Shown here: positions 8,825 to 18,119 of the stretch, piece by piece
How positions within the stretch are numbered: the first letter of the stretch is position 1
How the letters are laid out: every line of letters starts with the position of its first letter
NCBI GenBank assembly: GCA_027315345.1
Contig: DAHUYE010000082.1
Coordinates: 39,919-103,918 of the forward strand
DNA: 64,000 nucleotides
Reading direction: 5' to 3'
Source: Actinomycetota bacterium
Lineage (GTDB): Bacteria; Actinomycetota; Acidimicrobiia; Acidimicrobiales; JAJPHE01
Made by a program: the position numbers and the translations under genes
Notes under the pieces: generated by a model
Told to the model about the DNA's origin: nothing
The model's database searches: none
What the model saw: the letters and a program-made list of their open reading frames with translations, nothing else

Positions 8825-10363
8825 GTGCACCCAGCCGAGATCGCCAGCCAAGCCCCGGACCGCCTGGCGGTGGTGATGGGGGACAGCGGGGAGTCGTTGA
8901 CCTTCCGTGAGCTGGAGGAGCGGTCCCGGGCCCTGGCCGTGGCCTGGCGGCGGGCCGGGGTGTCCCGGGGCGACACGGTCGGCATCCTGCTGGAGAACCA
9001 TCTGCGCTTCCTGGAGGTGGCGTGGGCAGCTCAGCGCAGCGGGCTGTACTACACCGCCGTCAACTGGCACCTCACCCCGGAGGAGGTGGCCTACATCGTC
9101 TCCGACTCGGGGGCCAAGGTGCTGGTGTCATCCCGACTCAACCTGGCCACCGCCGAAGCCGCCGCCGCCGGCGCCGTTGATCCGGCCGGGACCCTGAAGG
9201 TGCTGGTGGACGGTTCGGCCCCGGGCTGGCGGGGGCTGGACGAACTAATCGGGGAGGTCCGTGACGCCCCTCTGGAGGACGAGTGCGAAGGCGACTTCAT
9301 GCTCTACTCCTCCGGCACCACCGGCCGACCCAAGGGCATCCGCCGGGCCCTCACCTTCCCCCCGATGGGTCAGGGCATCGTGGGGGCGACCGGGTTCCTG
9401 CGCATGCTGGAGATGCAGCTGGGGCAGGTGTATCTGTGTCCGGCGCCGTTGTACCACGCCGCCCCCATCGCCTGGTCCATGGGGGCGCAGCGACTCGGCT
9501 CCACCGTGGTGGTGATGGAACGCTTCGATCCGGAACAGGCGCTGGCTCTCATCGAGCGCCAACGGGTCACCCATGCCCAGTTCGTACCGACCATGTTCGT
9601 CCGGATGCTCAAGCTGGCCCCGGCCGCCCGGGAGGGCTACGACCTGTCCAGCCTGCGGGCCGCCGTGCACGCCGCCGCCCCCTGCCCGGTCGAGGTCAAA
9701 CAGCAGATGATGCAGTGGTGGGGGCCGCGCATTTACGAGTACTACTCATCCACCGAGGGGGTGGGGGCCACCTTCATCGGGCCGGAGGACTGGCTGGCCC
9801 ATCCGGGATCGGTGGGACGGTCCATCTACGGAACACCCCACGTGGTCGACGATGACGGGAACGAGTTGGCACCGGGCCAGATCGGCACCGTCTATTTCGA
9901 GGGCAGCACACCGTTCGAGTACCACAACGACCCGGAGAAGACGGCGTCGACCTTCGACCGGCACGGCTGGGGCTCGGTGGGGGACATGGGCTATCTGGAC
10001 GGAGACGGTTACCTGTACCTGACCGACCGCAAGACGTTCATGATCATCAGCGGGGGTGTGAACATCTACCCCCAGGAGATCGAGAACCTCCTGATCAACC
10101 ACCCCAAGGTGCTGGACGTGGCCGTGGTCGGCGTTCCCAATCCTGATCTGGGCGAAGAGGTCAAAGCCGTCGTTCAGCCGGTGGACTGGGCCGACGCCGG
10201 CCCGGATCTGGAGGCGGAACTGGCCGAGGTGTGCCGGGCCCACCTGGCCGGGTTCAAGTGCCCGCGCTCGTTCGACTTCGACCCGGAACTGCCCCGCCAG
10301 GAGAACGGCAAGCTCTACAAGCGCCTCCTGCGCGACCGCTACTGGGCCGCCGGCGCCGGCTGA
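8825..10363 (+). CDS. AMP-dependent acyl-CoA synthetase/ligase
   Basis: FMLYSSGTTGRPKG, EYYSSTEG, GDMGYLDGDGYLYLTDRK, QENGKLYKR. The ORF-track start at 8273 is antisense to the hydrolase gene. I use the in-frame GTG at 8825 (VHPAEIASQAPDRLAVV). Confidence 0.85.
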   Translation: MHPAEIASQAPDRLAVVMGDSGESLTFRELEERSRALAVAWRRAGVSRGDTVGILLENHLRFLEVAWAAQRSGLYYTAVNWHLTPEEVAYIVSDSGAKVLVSSRLNLATAEAAAAGAVDPAGTLKVLVDGSAPGWRGLDELIGEVRDAPLEDECEGDFMLYSSGTTGRPKGIRRALTFPPMGQGIVGATGFLRMLEMQLGQVYLCPAPLYHAAPIAWSMGAQRLGSTVVVMERFDPEQALALIERQRVTHAQFVPTMFVRMLKLAPAAREGYDLSSLRAAVHAAAPCPVEVKQQMMQWWGPRIYEYYSSTEGVGATFIGPEDWLAHPGSVGRSIYGTPHVVDDDGNELAPGQIGTVYFEGSTPFEYHNDPEKTASTFDRHGWGSVGDMGYLDGDGYLYLTDRKTFMIISGGVNIYPQEIENLLINHPKVLDVAVVGVPNPDLGEEVKAVVQPVDWADAGPDLEAELAEVCRAHLAGFKCPRSFDFDPELPRQENGKLYKRLLRDRYWAAGAG

Positions 10364-10392
10364 GCCTTACCCGCCCCGTACACTCCGGCCTC

Positions 10393-11193
10393 GTGGACCT
10401 CGGCCTGCGGGAGAAGGTGGCCGTCGTCACCGGGGCCAGCCGCGGCATCGGCCGGGCCGTCGCCAACGCCCTGGCCGAAGAGGGGGCTTCGGTTCTGCTC
10501 ACGGCCCGGGGCGCCGAGGATTTGAACCGGGTCGTGGCCGAGCTCACCAGTGCCGGCCATCAGGTGGCCGGGCTCCGGGTCGACCTCTCCGAACCGGAAG
10601 CGGCCGCGGCGGTGGTGGCCGAGGCCGGGAAACGCTGGGGCCGGATCGACATCCTGGTCAACAACGCCGGCGGCGGCCCGACCGGATCCGACCACGTCAG
10701 GAACTTCGATCCGGCCGTGTGGTCCGACGTGTACCGGCGCAACGTGATCGTCCCCATGGCGCTGGCCTCGGCGTGTATCCCGGGGATGGTTCAGCGGGGT
10801 TGGGGCCGCGTCCTCAACGTGGCGTCGACCATGGCCCGGGATCCCGACCCCCGTTTCGGTTCCTACGGGGCGGCCAAGGCGGCCCTGGCCCACGCCACCC
10901 GCAGCCTGGCCCAGGCCCATGCCGCCGACGGGGTGATGGTCAACGCCGTGCTCCCGGGCCTGACCCGCTCGGAGGGGGTCCTCACCGGCTACGCCGAGGC
11001 GGCGGCGGCCTCGGGCCGCACCGCCGAGCAGATCGAGGAGCGGATGATGCAGCTCCAGCCCATAGCCGCCGGGCGGACGGGGGAGCCAGAAGAGGTGGCC
11101 GCCGCCATCGCCTTTTTGTGTTCGGAGCGGGCCTCGTGGATCACCGGCGCCCTGCTGCTGGTGGACGGCGGCACCGTCCGGGTCCTGCCGTGA
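10393..11193 (+). CDS. SDR family oxidoreductase
   Basis: KVAVVTGASRGIGRA, LVNNAGG, YGAAKAAL. GTG at 10393 chosen just upstream of the Rossmann motif. Confidence 0.85.
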   Translation: MDLGLREKVAVVTGASRGIGRAVANALAEEGASVLLTARGAEDLNRVVAELTSAGHQVAGLRVDLSEPEAAAAVVAEAGKRWGRIDILVNNAGGGPTGSDHVRNFDPAVWSDVYRRNVIVPMALASACIPGMVQRGWGRVLNVASTMARDPDPRFGSYGAAKAALAHATRSLAQAHAADGVMVNAVLPGLTRSEGVLTGYAEAAAASGRTAEQIEERMMQLQPIAAGRTGEPEEVAAAIAFLCSERASWITGALLLVDGGTVRVLP

Positions 11194-11318
11194 CGGCCGA
11201 TCCGGCCCGGGACCTGGCCCGCCGCTACATCGACCAGGTCGTGCTGCTGGAGGGCTGGTTCAAGGAGATCGACCGGACCGGTGTCTACTGGCGCCGGTCG
11301 ATGCCGGCGGAGTCTTGA
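11190..11318 (+). CDS. Hypothetical 42-aa protein (small ORF coupled to both neighbours)
   Basis: VTADPARDLARRYIDQVVLLEGWFKEIDRTGVYWRRSMPAES. By my count 39 of 42 codons end in G/C, matching native genes. The composition is not Arg/Pro junk. Its GTG overlaps the SDR stop (GTGA) and its TGA overlaps the TTG of the next gene. Confidence 0.4.
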   Translation: MTADPARDLARRYIDQVVLLEGWFKEIDRTGVYWRRSMPAES

Positions 11319-12154
11319 GCACCCCGGGCGACCGGCGCGACCCCTACTACGGGATCCTGTCCGGACCGGTGGACGGCCCGGCCCGGGTGGCGGCGGCCTA
11401 CCCTGAGCTGGAGGCCGCCCCCGGTACGCCGGTGGTGCACCGGGCCTCCGGCTTCCGGGGCACGGTCGTGCGTTTCGAGGCCGGGGCTGTCCACTTGAGG
11501 GCGACGGCGGGGACGGAGAGGGCCTTCGCCCTCATCCCGGGCTCATTCGCGGTGGAGGGCCGGGCCGTCTCGCTGGTGCCGGTGCGGTCCCGGCCGTCCG
11601 GTCCGGCCCGCACGGCGTCAGGATCGTTGAGCGCGGCGCCGGCCCGGGCCCGGGTCGCCCGCGGCAGCCGGATCCTGGTGGAGGGCGTGCACGACGCCGA
11701 ACTGGTGGAGAAGGTGTGGGGTGACGACCTGCGCCAGGAGGCGGTGGTGGTCGAGCGCCTGGACGGCATCGACCATCTCCCCGCCGTGATAGCCGAGTTC
11801 GTTCCGGGACCGGGCCGCCGGCTGGGGGTGCTGGTGGACCACCTGGTGCCCGGGTCCAAGGAGGATCGGCTGGCCCGGTCGGTGAGCCATCCCCACGTGC
11901 TGGTGACGGGGACGCCGTTCGTGGATGCATGGGAGGCCATCCGCCCCCAGGTAGTGGGCATACCGGCCTGGCCCCGCATCCCCAAGGGGATGGAGTGGAA
12001 GGCGGGTATCTGCGCAGCTCTGGGTGAGCCCGACCCCGCCCGGCTGTGGCGCCGGCTGCTGGGGAAGGTCGGCTCCTATGCCGATGTCGAGCCGGCCCTG
12101 GTGGGGGCGGTGGAGCGGCTCATCGACTTCGTCACCGAGCCGGCCGAGGACTGA
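11315..12154 (+). CDS. Conserved actinobacterial protein, DUF3097-like
   Basis: 279 aa with the segment RILVEGVHDAELVEKVWGDDLRQEAVVVERLDGIDHLPAVIAEFVPGPGRRLGVLVDHLVPGSKE. I recognise this as the DUF3097 family from memory, not from a search. TTG start is uncertain. Confidence 0.65.
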   Translation: MSTPGDRRDPYYGILSGPVDGPARVAAAYPELEAAPGTPVVHRASGFRGTVVRFEAGAVHLRATAGTERAFALIPGSFAVEGRAVSLVPVRSRPSGPARTASGSLSAAPARARVARGSRILVEGVHDAELVEKVWGDDLRQEAVVVERLDGIDHLPAVIAEFVPGPGRRLGVLVDHLVPGSKEDRLARSVSHPHVLVTGTPFVDAWEAIRPQVVGIPAWPRIPKGMEWKAGICAALGEPDPARLWRRLLGKVGSYADVEPALVGAVERLIDFVTEPAED

Positions 12155-12168
12155 CGGGAAAGCCCGTC
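12153..12168. terminator. Small hairpin GACGGG-AAAG-CCCGTC between convergent genes
   Basis: Perfect 6-bp stem with a 4-nt loop in the 25-bp convergent gap. No U-tract. Confidence 0.3.
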
Positions 12169-12179
12169 CCCGGGACCCC

Positions 12180-13436
12180 TCAGCCGGCGGCCGGCCCCCG
12201 GGGTACGTCCCGGAACGGTGTGTCCCGGTCGTGGCTCGTCTCTCTGGGCATACCGAGGACCCGCTCGCTGATGACGTTGCGGGCCATCTCGGTGGTGCCG
12301 CCCCCGATGCAGGCGGCCTGGCGCATCAGGTAGCCCACGCCCGGGTCCGGGTCGCCTGCCTCCGGGTCCCAGGCCAGCCCGGACTGGCCGGACAGCTCGT
12401 AAGCGATGGTGGCGTAGCGCACCGACCGGGTGCCCGAGTAGAGCCGGGCCAGGGCCGAGGCTTGGTCGTTGAGAGCGCCGCTGCGCATGGAGGCCCCGAT
12501 CCGGGGCGTGAGGGCGGAGCCGACCAGGGCCAAGGTGTGGGCCTCGCCCACCAGGTCCAACGCCGTGGGGTCCTGGCTGCGTCCCTCGGCCACCACCAGC
12601 GGCCACAGGCTGTCCCCGCTGCCCACCAGGCCGGCGCTGCCCGACCCGGCCGGGCGGACCACGTAGGGCGAGCCGCCGCCCATGGCGGTGCGCTCGTGGA
12701 ACATCCACCGGGTCCCGACTGTCCAGCCCTGATCGATGTCGCCCACCCGGTCCGAGTCGGGGATGCGGACATCGGTGATGAACTCCTGGCAGAACTCCCG
12801 GTTCCCGTTGAGCATCTCGATGCGGTGGACCTCCACTCCGGGCTGGTGGATGCGCAGCATGAACACGGTCAGGCCGCGGTGTTTGGGCGCATCCCAGTTG
12901 GTGCGGGCCAGGCACAGCCCCCAGTCGGCCCACCAGGCTCCGGTGGTCCAGATCTTCGATCCGTTCAGGACCCACTCGTCCCCGTCCCGCACGGCCGTGG
13001 TCAGCGCCCCGGCCACGTCCGAACCGCCGCTGGGCTCGGAGAGGAACTGCATCCACATCTCCTCGCCCCGCAGGATGGCGGGCAGGTGGGCACGCTTCTG
13101 CTCCTCGGTCCCGAACTCCAGGATGACGGCGGCGCAGGGGGTGAAGGTCGGGATCTGCAGATCGGCGGCGCAGTCGTAGCCGGCCACCTCCTGGTTGAAG
13201 GCGCCGAGGTGCTCCAGGCTCAGGCCCTGGCCGCCGTATTCGACCGGGAAGCAGATGCCGGCCAGGCCGGCATCGAACAGCGCCCGCTGGATCTCCCGGG
13301 CCCGAGCCACCCGGGCCAGTTCGCGCTCATCGGAGCGGGCCCGGCCGATCCCGGCCTCGCCCTGGGGGGCCGGGTCGAGGTTGGCCCGGATCCAGGCCCG
13401 GGCCCGCCGGCGGAAGGACTCGACGTCCTCGCTCAC
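12180..13436 (-). CDS. Acyl-CoA dehydrogenase, alpha-type subunit
   Basis: CFPVEYGGQGLSL, MWMQFLSEPSGGSDVAG, LNGSKIWTTGA, IGGGTTEMARNVISE. GTG at 13436 overlaps the stop of the upstream beta-type gene (GTGA). The ORF-track extension to 13859 was rejected. Confidence 0.85.
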   Translation of the reverse strand: MSEDVESFRRRARAWIRANLDPAPQGEAGIGRARSDERELARVARAREIQRALFDAGLAGICFPVEYGGQGLSLEHLGAFNQEVAGYDCAADLQIPTFTPCAAVILEFGTEEQKRAHLPAILRGEEMWMQFLSEPSGGSDVAGALTTAVRDGDEWVLNGSKIWTTGAWWADWGLCLARTNWDAPKHRGLTVFMLRIHQPGVEVHRIEMLNGNREFCQEFITDVRIPDSDRVGDIDQGWTVGTRWMFHERTAMGGGSPYVVRPAGSGSAGLVGSGDSLWPLVVAEGRSQDPTALDLVGEAHTLALVGSALTPRIGASMRSGALNDQASALARLYSGTRSVRYATIAYELSGQSGLAWDPEAGDPDPGVGYLMRQAACIGGGTTEMARNVISERVLGMPRETSHDRDTPFRDVPRGPAAG

Positions 13437-14611
13437 GACGCCACCCGCTCGGCCACCATGCCGGCCAGGCGCCGGCGGTGCTGGGCCGGGCTGCCGTAGG
13501 CGGGGACGCCGGCGGTGACCCGGCGCAGGAACAGGTGCAGGTCGTGGTCGAAGGTGACCCCGATCCCGCCGTGGATCTGCACGCAGTCCTGCACCAGCTC
13601 GGGCCCGAAGTGGCCGACGTAGGCCTTGGCGGCGCTGGCCAGCTCCGAGGCGTCGGGCCGGCCGGCGTCTAAAGCGTCGATGGCGGCCACGGTGATGGCG
13701 TAGGAAGCCTCCAGCCACATCCTCATATCGGCCATGCGGTGCTTGATCTCCTGATAGGACGACAGGGGCCGGCCGAAGGAGTAGCGGTTGGCCGTCCACT
13801 CCAGGGTCATGTCGAAGGCGGCCTGCATGGCGCCCACCGACTCGGCCTGTTGGAGGCACAAGGCGATGCAGAGCTGTCTCTCGGCCAGATCACCCGAAGC
13901 GTCGGAGGTGGAGGAGGCCTCGAAGCCGGCGTCGGCCGGGGCCGGGAGGACCTGGTCGCCCGGCACCGCCACCGCGTCCAGTTCGACCCGGGCCCAGCGC
14001 CGGGTCAGGTCGACTCCTTCCAGGCGCCGGCGGTGGAGGCCGGCGGCGGAGGCATCCACGACGGCGTGCACCATCCCGGAGCCGGCCCGGGCCGTCACCA
14101 GGAACACGTCGGCGTCGGCGCCCGCTTCGGCCACCGGCGCCTGCCCGTCGATGACCAAGCCTCCGCCCGGCCCGGCGCCGGCGGTGAGCGAAGCGCCGCC
14201 CAGGTCTGTCCCGGGGGGGTCGGCCCGCAGCCAAGAGGCGGTGGCGGCCCCGGACAGGAGCCGTTCCAGCCAGGCGGCCAGGGCGCCGCCGCCGGACGAG
14301 GCCGACCGGCCCAGGCTGAAGGCGGCCACGTTGGCCGGGATAAGAGGCCCGGGGGCGGCATGGCGGCCGAACTCGAAGGCGGCCAGGGACAGATCGGCCA
14401 GGCCGGCCCCACTGATGCTCCCCCCTCCGGCCGCCTCCGGCACCAGGGGGGTGGTCCAGCCCAGTTCGGCTCCCTGGCGCCACCACCCGGGGCGGTAGCC
14501 GGCCGGATCGGCCGCCAGGGCCCGGAGATCGGCCGGACTGCACCGGGCATCCAGGAACTTGCGGGTGGTCTCCTGGAAGAACTGCTGGTCCGCGCTCAGT
14601 CCGGGTTGCAC
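13433..14611 (-). CDS. Acyl-CoA dehydrogenase family protein, beta-type partner subunit
   Basis: LSADQQFFQETTRKFLD and IHGGIGVTFDHDLHLFLRR. Paralogue of 3796..4995. Confidence 0.8.
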   Translation of the reverse strand: MQPGLSADQQFFQETTRKFLDARCSPADLRALAADPAGYRPGWWRQGAELGWTTPLVPEAAGGGSISGAGLADLSLAAFEFGRHAAPGPLIPANVAAFSLGRSASSGGGALAAWLERLLSGAATASWLRADPPGTDLGGASLTAGAGPGGGLVIDGQAPVAEAGADADVFLVTARAGSGMVHAVVDASAAGLHRRRLEGVDLTRRWARVELDAVAVPGDQVLPAPADAGFEASSTSDASGDLAERQLCIALCLQQAESVGAMQAAFDMTLEWTANRYSFGRPLSSYQEIKHRMADMRMWLEASYAITVAAIDALDAGRPDASELASAAKAYVGHFGPELVQDCVQIHGGIGVTFDHDLHLFLRRVTAGVPAYGSPAQHRRRLAGMVAERVAS

Positions 14612-14617
14612 GAACGC

Positions 14618-15835
14618 CTAAGCGGCGGCGGGGACCTTCATGAGCTGACCGAGATTCCCACCCATGACCTTGGCCTGGTCGGACTCGGGGAGCTCATCGA
14701 TCTCGTCCACGAACGTCAGCGGGTCGAACATGCCCTCGGGATGGGGGTAGTCGGAACCGAACACCACGTTGTCGGCGCCGATGAGCTTCACCAGGCCGAC
14801 CGTGTCCTCCTCGTGGAAGGGGTGGACGTAGATGCTGCGCTTGAAGGCCACCATCGGGTCCTCATCGAAGATGTCCGGGGTGCGGGAGTAGAGCTTCTCC
14901 AGCTTGTAGACGAGCGGACGCACCCAGGCGCTTCCGTTCTCCACCGGCATGAAGCGCAGGTCGGGGAAGCGGGTGGCGAGACCGTGGCCGAGGATGGACG
15001 AGACGACGTCGGTGATGTTCCGGTAGTCGGCCTCCACCAGAGCGGTGAAGGCGGAGCGCTTGGTGTTGAAGGGCAGGAACTCGCCCTCGTAGCCCTCCCA
15101 CTCGTTGAGGTAGCGCTGGCCGCCGCTGTCGGAGGCGTGCATGCCGACCAGGATGTCGGCCTCCTGCACCCGCTCCCAGAAGCGGTCGTACTCGGGCAGG
15201 GCGAAGGAGCGGCGCCGGCCGTTGAAGTCGGGAACGGGGGCGGGGCGGATCAGGATGGCCCGGGCCCCGTTCTCCACCACGAAGTCGAGCTCCCGGAGGG
15301 CCTCGTCGACGATGGGCAGGGTGATGACCGGGGTGGCGAAGATGCGGTCCTGGTAGTTGTAGGACCACTGGTCGAGCATCCAGCGGTTGAAGGCGTGGAC
15401 GACCACATGGGTGGCCTTGGGATCATCGGCCAGGCGCTCCTCGAGCAGGCTGGCCAGCGTCGGCCACATCATGGCCCGGTCGATGCCGAGCTCGTTCAGC
15501 AGCTCCAGTCGGGGCCCGGGCTCGAAGTAGGCGGGGATCGACTCCACGTAGCGGGGCGGCGGCTCGGGCTTCTTGTCCCCGGGCTTGGTCTTGGAGGAGG
15601 GGTTCTTGAGCTTGAACTCCAGTTCCTGGGCGCCGGGAGGGGCCACCACGTTGAAGGTGGGGTTGGGGATGTAGTCGCTGATCTTGTTCTTGACGGCGAT
15701 CTTGGTCCGACCGTTGACCTGCACGTACTTGATGAGGTTGGAGAACTCTTCGGGCAGGAAGCGCGTGAAGGCGTCCTGGGTCTCGTACATGTGGTTATCG
15801 GCGTCGAACACCGGAAAATCGAGCTTGCGAGGCAT
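14618..15835 (-). CDS. Amidohydrolase-2 (PF04909-like) family metal-dependent hydrolase
   Basis: MPRKLDFPVFDADNHMYE, GMHASDSGG, VVFGSDYPHPEGMFD. Only the last 405 codons of the 1016-aa ORF-track entry are used. ATG at 15835. Confidence 0.8.
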   Translation of the reverse strand: MPRKLDFPVFDADNHMYETQDAFTRFLPEEFSNLIKYVQVNGRTKIAVKNKISDYIPNPTFNVVAPPGAQELEFKLKNPSSKTKPGDKKPEPPPRYVESIPAYFEPGPRLELLNELGIDRAMMWPTLASLLEERLADDPKATHVVVHAFNRWMLDQWSYNYQDRIFATPVITLPIVDEALRELDFVVENGARAILIRPAPVPDFNGRRRSFALPEYDRFWERVQEADILVGMHASDSGGQRYLNEWEGYEGEFLPFNTKRSAFTALVEADYRNITDVVSSILGHGLATRFPDLRFMPVENGSAWVRPLVYKLEKLYSRTPDIFDEDPMVAFKRSIYVHPFHEEDTVGLVKLIGADNVVFGSDYPHPEGMFDPLTFVDEIDELPESDQAKVMGGNLGQLMKVPAAA

Positions 15836-15970
15836 GGAACCCCCTTCCGCGCCATCGGGCGCAAACTGCCGCGGTCTGGCCCCGATTCTCGCCCCTGCCG
15901 GTAGGAGCCGCAAACCGGCCCCGGCGCCGGGTTGGCGCCGCGCCGGGGGGCAGGTGATAGTGGCTCCGCC

Positions 15971-16861
15971 ATGTCCGAGACGGCTCTCAAGTTCGGCGTC
16001 CGGATCATGGGGGTGCCCCTCCGGGACCTGACGGCGGTGGCGGCCGCCTTTGAAGCCGGCGGTTTCGAGTCCATCTGGGTTCAGGAGCACCTGGTCTTTC
16101 CGGCCGATATGCCCCCCACCTATCCCTACAGCGACGACGGCCGGCCCCCGGTCACCCCCGAGACCCCGGTCTATGACGCCTGGGCCGTGCTGGCCCACCT
16201 GGCTGCCACCACCAGCCGCATCCGCCTCGGCACCAACGTCTACATCCTCCCCCTCCGCCATCCGCTCCAGACGGCCCGCACGGTGGTGACGGTGGACCGC
16301 CTGTCCCAGGGCCGGGTCATCCTCGGGGCCGGAGTCGGCTGGTTGGAGGAGGAGTTCGACTACGTCGGGGTCCCGTTTCGGGACCGGGGCCGGCGGGCCG
16401 ACGCCACCATCGCCGTTCTTCGCCGCCTGTGGAGCGACGATGTAGTGGAGGTGGACAACGAGCACTTCTCCTTCGGTCCGGTCCGCTTCCGGCCCCGGCC
16501 GGTGCGCCCGGCCGGCATACCCATCGAGGTGGGTGGGTCGGCGCCGGCGGCGCTGCGGCGGGCCGGCCGGCTCGGGGACGGCTGGATCGAGATCGGCTGT
16601 GCCGACCTGGACGAGTTCCGGGCCAAGCTGGCCACGGTGCAGGCGGCCAGGCGGGAGGCGGGTCGGGAGGCCATGCCGTTCGAGGTGACCCTCCAGGGCC
16701 GGGGCGGCTGGTCCCTGGACGACTACCGGCGGGCGGCCGAGGCCGGGGCCACCCGGGTCATAGTCGGCCCGACCCCGGGACCCGACGGCCGGATGCCGGC
16801 GGCGGCGGTCCAGGACTGGGCCGCCCGCTTCGGCCAGGACGTGATCCGGCGTGCCGGCTGA
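15971..16861 (+). CDS. Luciferase-like monooxygenase (LLM) class, probably F420-dependent oxidoreductase
   Basis: FESIWVQEHLVFP, RLGTNVYILPLRHP, GRVILGAGVGWLEEEF. ATG at 15971 (MSETALKFGV). Confidence 0.8.
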   Translation: MSETALKFGVRIMGVPLRDLTAVAAAFEAGGFESIWVQEHLVFPADMPPTYPYSDDGRPPVTPETPVYDAWAVLAHLAATTSRIRLGTNVYILPLRHPLQTARTVVTVDRLSQGRVILGAGVGWLEEEFDYVGVPFRDRGRRADATIAVLRRLWSDDVVEVDNEHFSFGPVRFRPRPVRPAGIPIEVGGSAPAALRRAGRLGDGWIEIGCADLDEFRAKLATVQAARREAGREAMPFEVTLQGRGGWSLDDYRRAAEAGATRVIVGPTPGPDGRMPAAAVQDWAARFGQDVIRRAG

Positions 16862-18119
16862 CACCCGGGCCGGAGACGGGCCCGGCGCCGCCGGCGCCGA
16901 GGTGCGGGCCTGGCTGGACGCCCACTGGGATCCGGCCCAGACCTTGGGCCAGTGGTGGTCGGCCCTGGCCGAATCGGGCTGGGCCTTTCCGGCCTGGCCG
17001 GTCGGGCTCGGGGGGAGGGGCCTGGGGCCGTCATCCGCCGGCGTGGTGCGGGATGAGCTGGACCGGGCCGGTGCCCTGGGCCCGCCCACCGGGGTGGCGG
17101 CCTGGATGGGCGCCCCGGTGGTGCTGGAGTTCGGGGACGACCAACAGCGCGGCCGGCTGGTGCCGCCCGTGGCCCGGGGGGATGAGCTGTGGTGCCAGCT
17201 CTTCAGCGAGCCGGCGGCAGGCTCCGACCTGGCCGGGGTCAGGACCCGGGCCACCCGGGACGGGGACGGCTGGATCGTTGAGGGCCAGAAGATCTGGACT
17301 TCCACCGCCACGGTGGCCGAGCGGGGGATCCTCCTGGCCCGCACCGACTGGGACGTCCCCAAGCACCGCGGTCTGTCCTTCTTCATCCTGCCCATGGACC
17401 AGCCCGGGGTGGAGGTCCGCCCCATCCGCCAGCTCAACGGGGAGTCCCACTTCAACGAGGTCTTCCTGGACGGGGCCCGGGCGGACCGTGCCGATCTCAT
17501 CGGGGGCGAGGGCAACGGCTGGGCGGTGGCGCTGGCCGTGCTGGGCCACGAGCGCACCATGGCCGCGGCCGGGACCATGCGCCCCGGCCCCGACGCCGGG
17601 TCCAAGGCCGGGAACCTGGACACTCCGGTGGGCGACGTGCTCGAGCGCCTGTCGGAGCTGGTCAGCATCGAGCCGCCCTTCCCGATCGGATCCGCCCCCG
17701 AGCTGATCGGGCTGGCTCAGCGCCGGGCCCGTGCTGCCGAGCCGGTGCTGCGCCAGGACCTCACCCGGCTGTGGTCGCTCGGTGAATGCAGCCGTCTCAC
17801 GGCCCTGCGCTCCCGGGCCGCCGCCGAGCTGGGCCGCACCCCCGGGCCGGAGAGCTCGGTGGGCTACCTGGCCGGGGTGGCCCGGGCCCGCCTGTCGCGC
17901 GACCTGGTCTTCGATGTGCTGGGTTCGGCCGGCGCCCTGGACGGGCCGGCCGCCCCCGAAGCCGGGGAGCCGGTCAACATGGCCCTGTCCAGCCTGGCCC
18001 ACGGCATCCAGGGCGGGGCCGAGCAGATCCAGCGCAACATCATCGGGGAGCGCATCCTGGGTCTCCCCCGGGAGCCCCAGGTGGACCGGGACGTGCCCTT
18101 CCGGGAGCTCCCGGCGTGA
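16851..18119 (+). CDS. Acyl-CoA dehydrogenase, alpha-type, without adjacent beta partner
   Basis: LWCQLFSEPAAGSDLAG, VEGQKIWTSTA, IQGGAEQIQRNIIGE. Confidence 0.85.
   Translation: MPADTRAGDGPGAAGAEVRAWLDAHWDPAQTLGQWWSALAESGWAFPAWPVGLGGRGLGPSSAGVVRDELDRAGALGPPTGVAAWMGAPVVLEFGDDQQRGRLVPPVARGDELWCQLFSEPAAGSDLAGVRTRATRDGDGWIVEGQKIWTSTATVAERGILLARTDWDVPKHRGLSFFILPMDQPGVEVRPIRQLNGESHFNEVFLDGARADRADLIGGEGNGWAVALAVLGHERTMAAAGTMRPGPDAGSKAGNLDTPVGDVLERLSELVSIEPPFPIGSAPELIGLAQRRARAAEPVLRQDLTRLWSLGECSRLTALRSRAAAELGRTPGPESSVGYLAGVARARLSRDLVFDVLGSAGALDGPAAPEAGEPVNMALSSLAHGIQGGAEQIQRNIIGERILGLPREPQVDRDVPFRELPA

Noticed and set aside
13739-15904. 721-aa plus-strand ORF
   Set aside because: It is antisense to the ACAD and amidohydrolase genes. 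The composition is Gly/Arg/Pro/His-rich and repetitive, typical of shadow ORFs in GC-rich DNA.
15836-17668. Upstream 611 codons of the 1016-aa minus-strand ORF 14618..17668
   Set aside because: This part is Arg/Pro/Ala/Gly/Ser-rich and has no motifs. It lies antisense to the well-supported LLM oxidoreductase and ACAD genes. Only the last 405 codons form a recognisable amidohydrolase, starting at ATG 15835.
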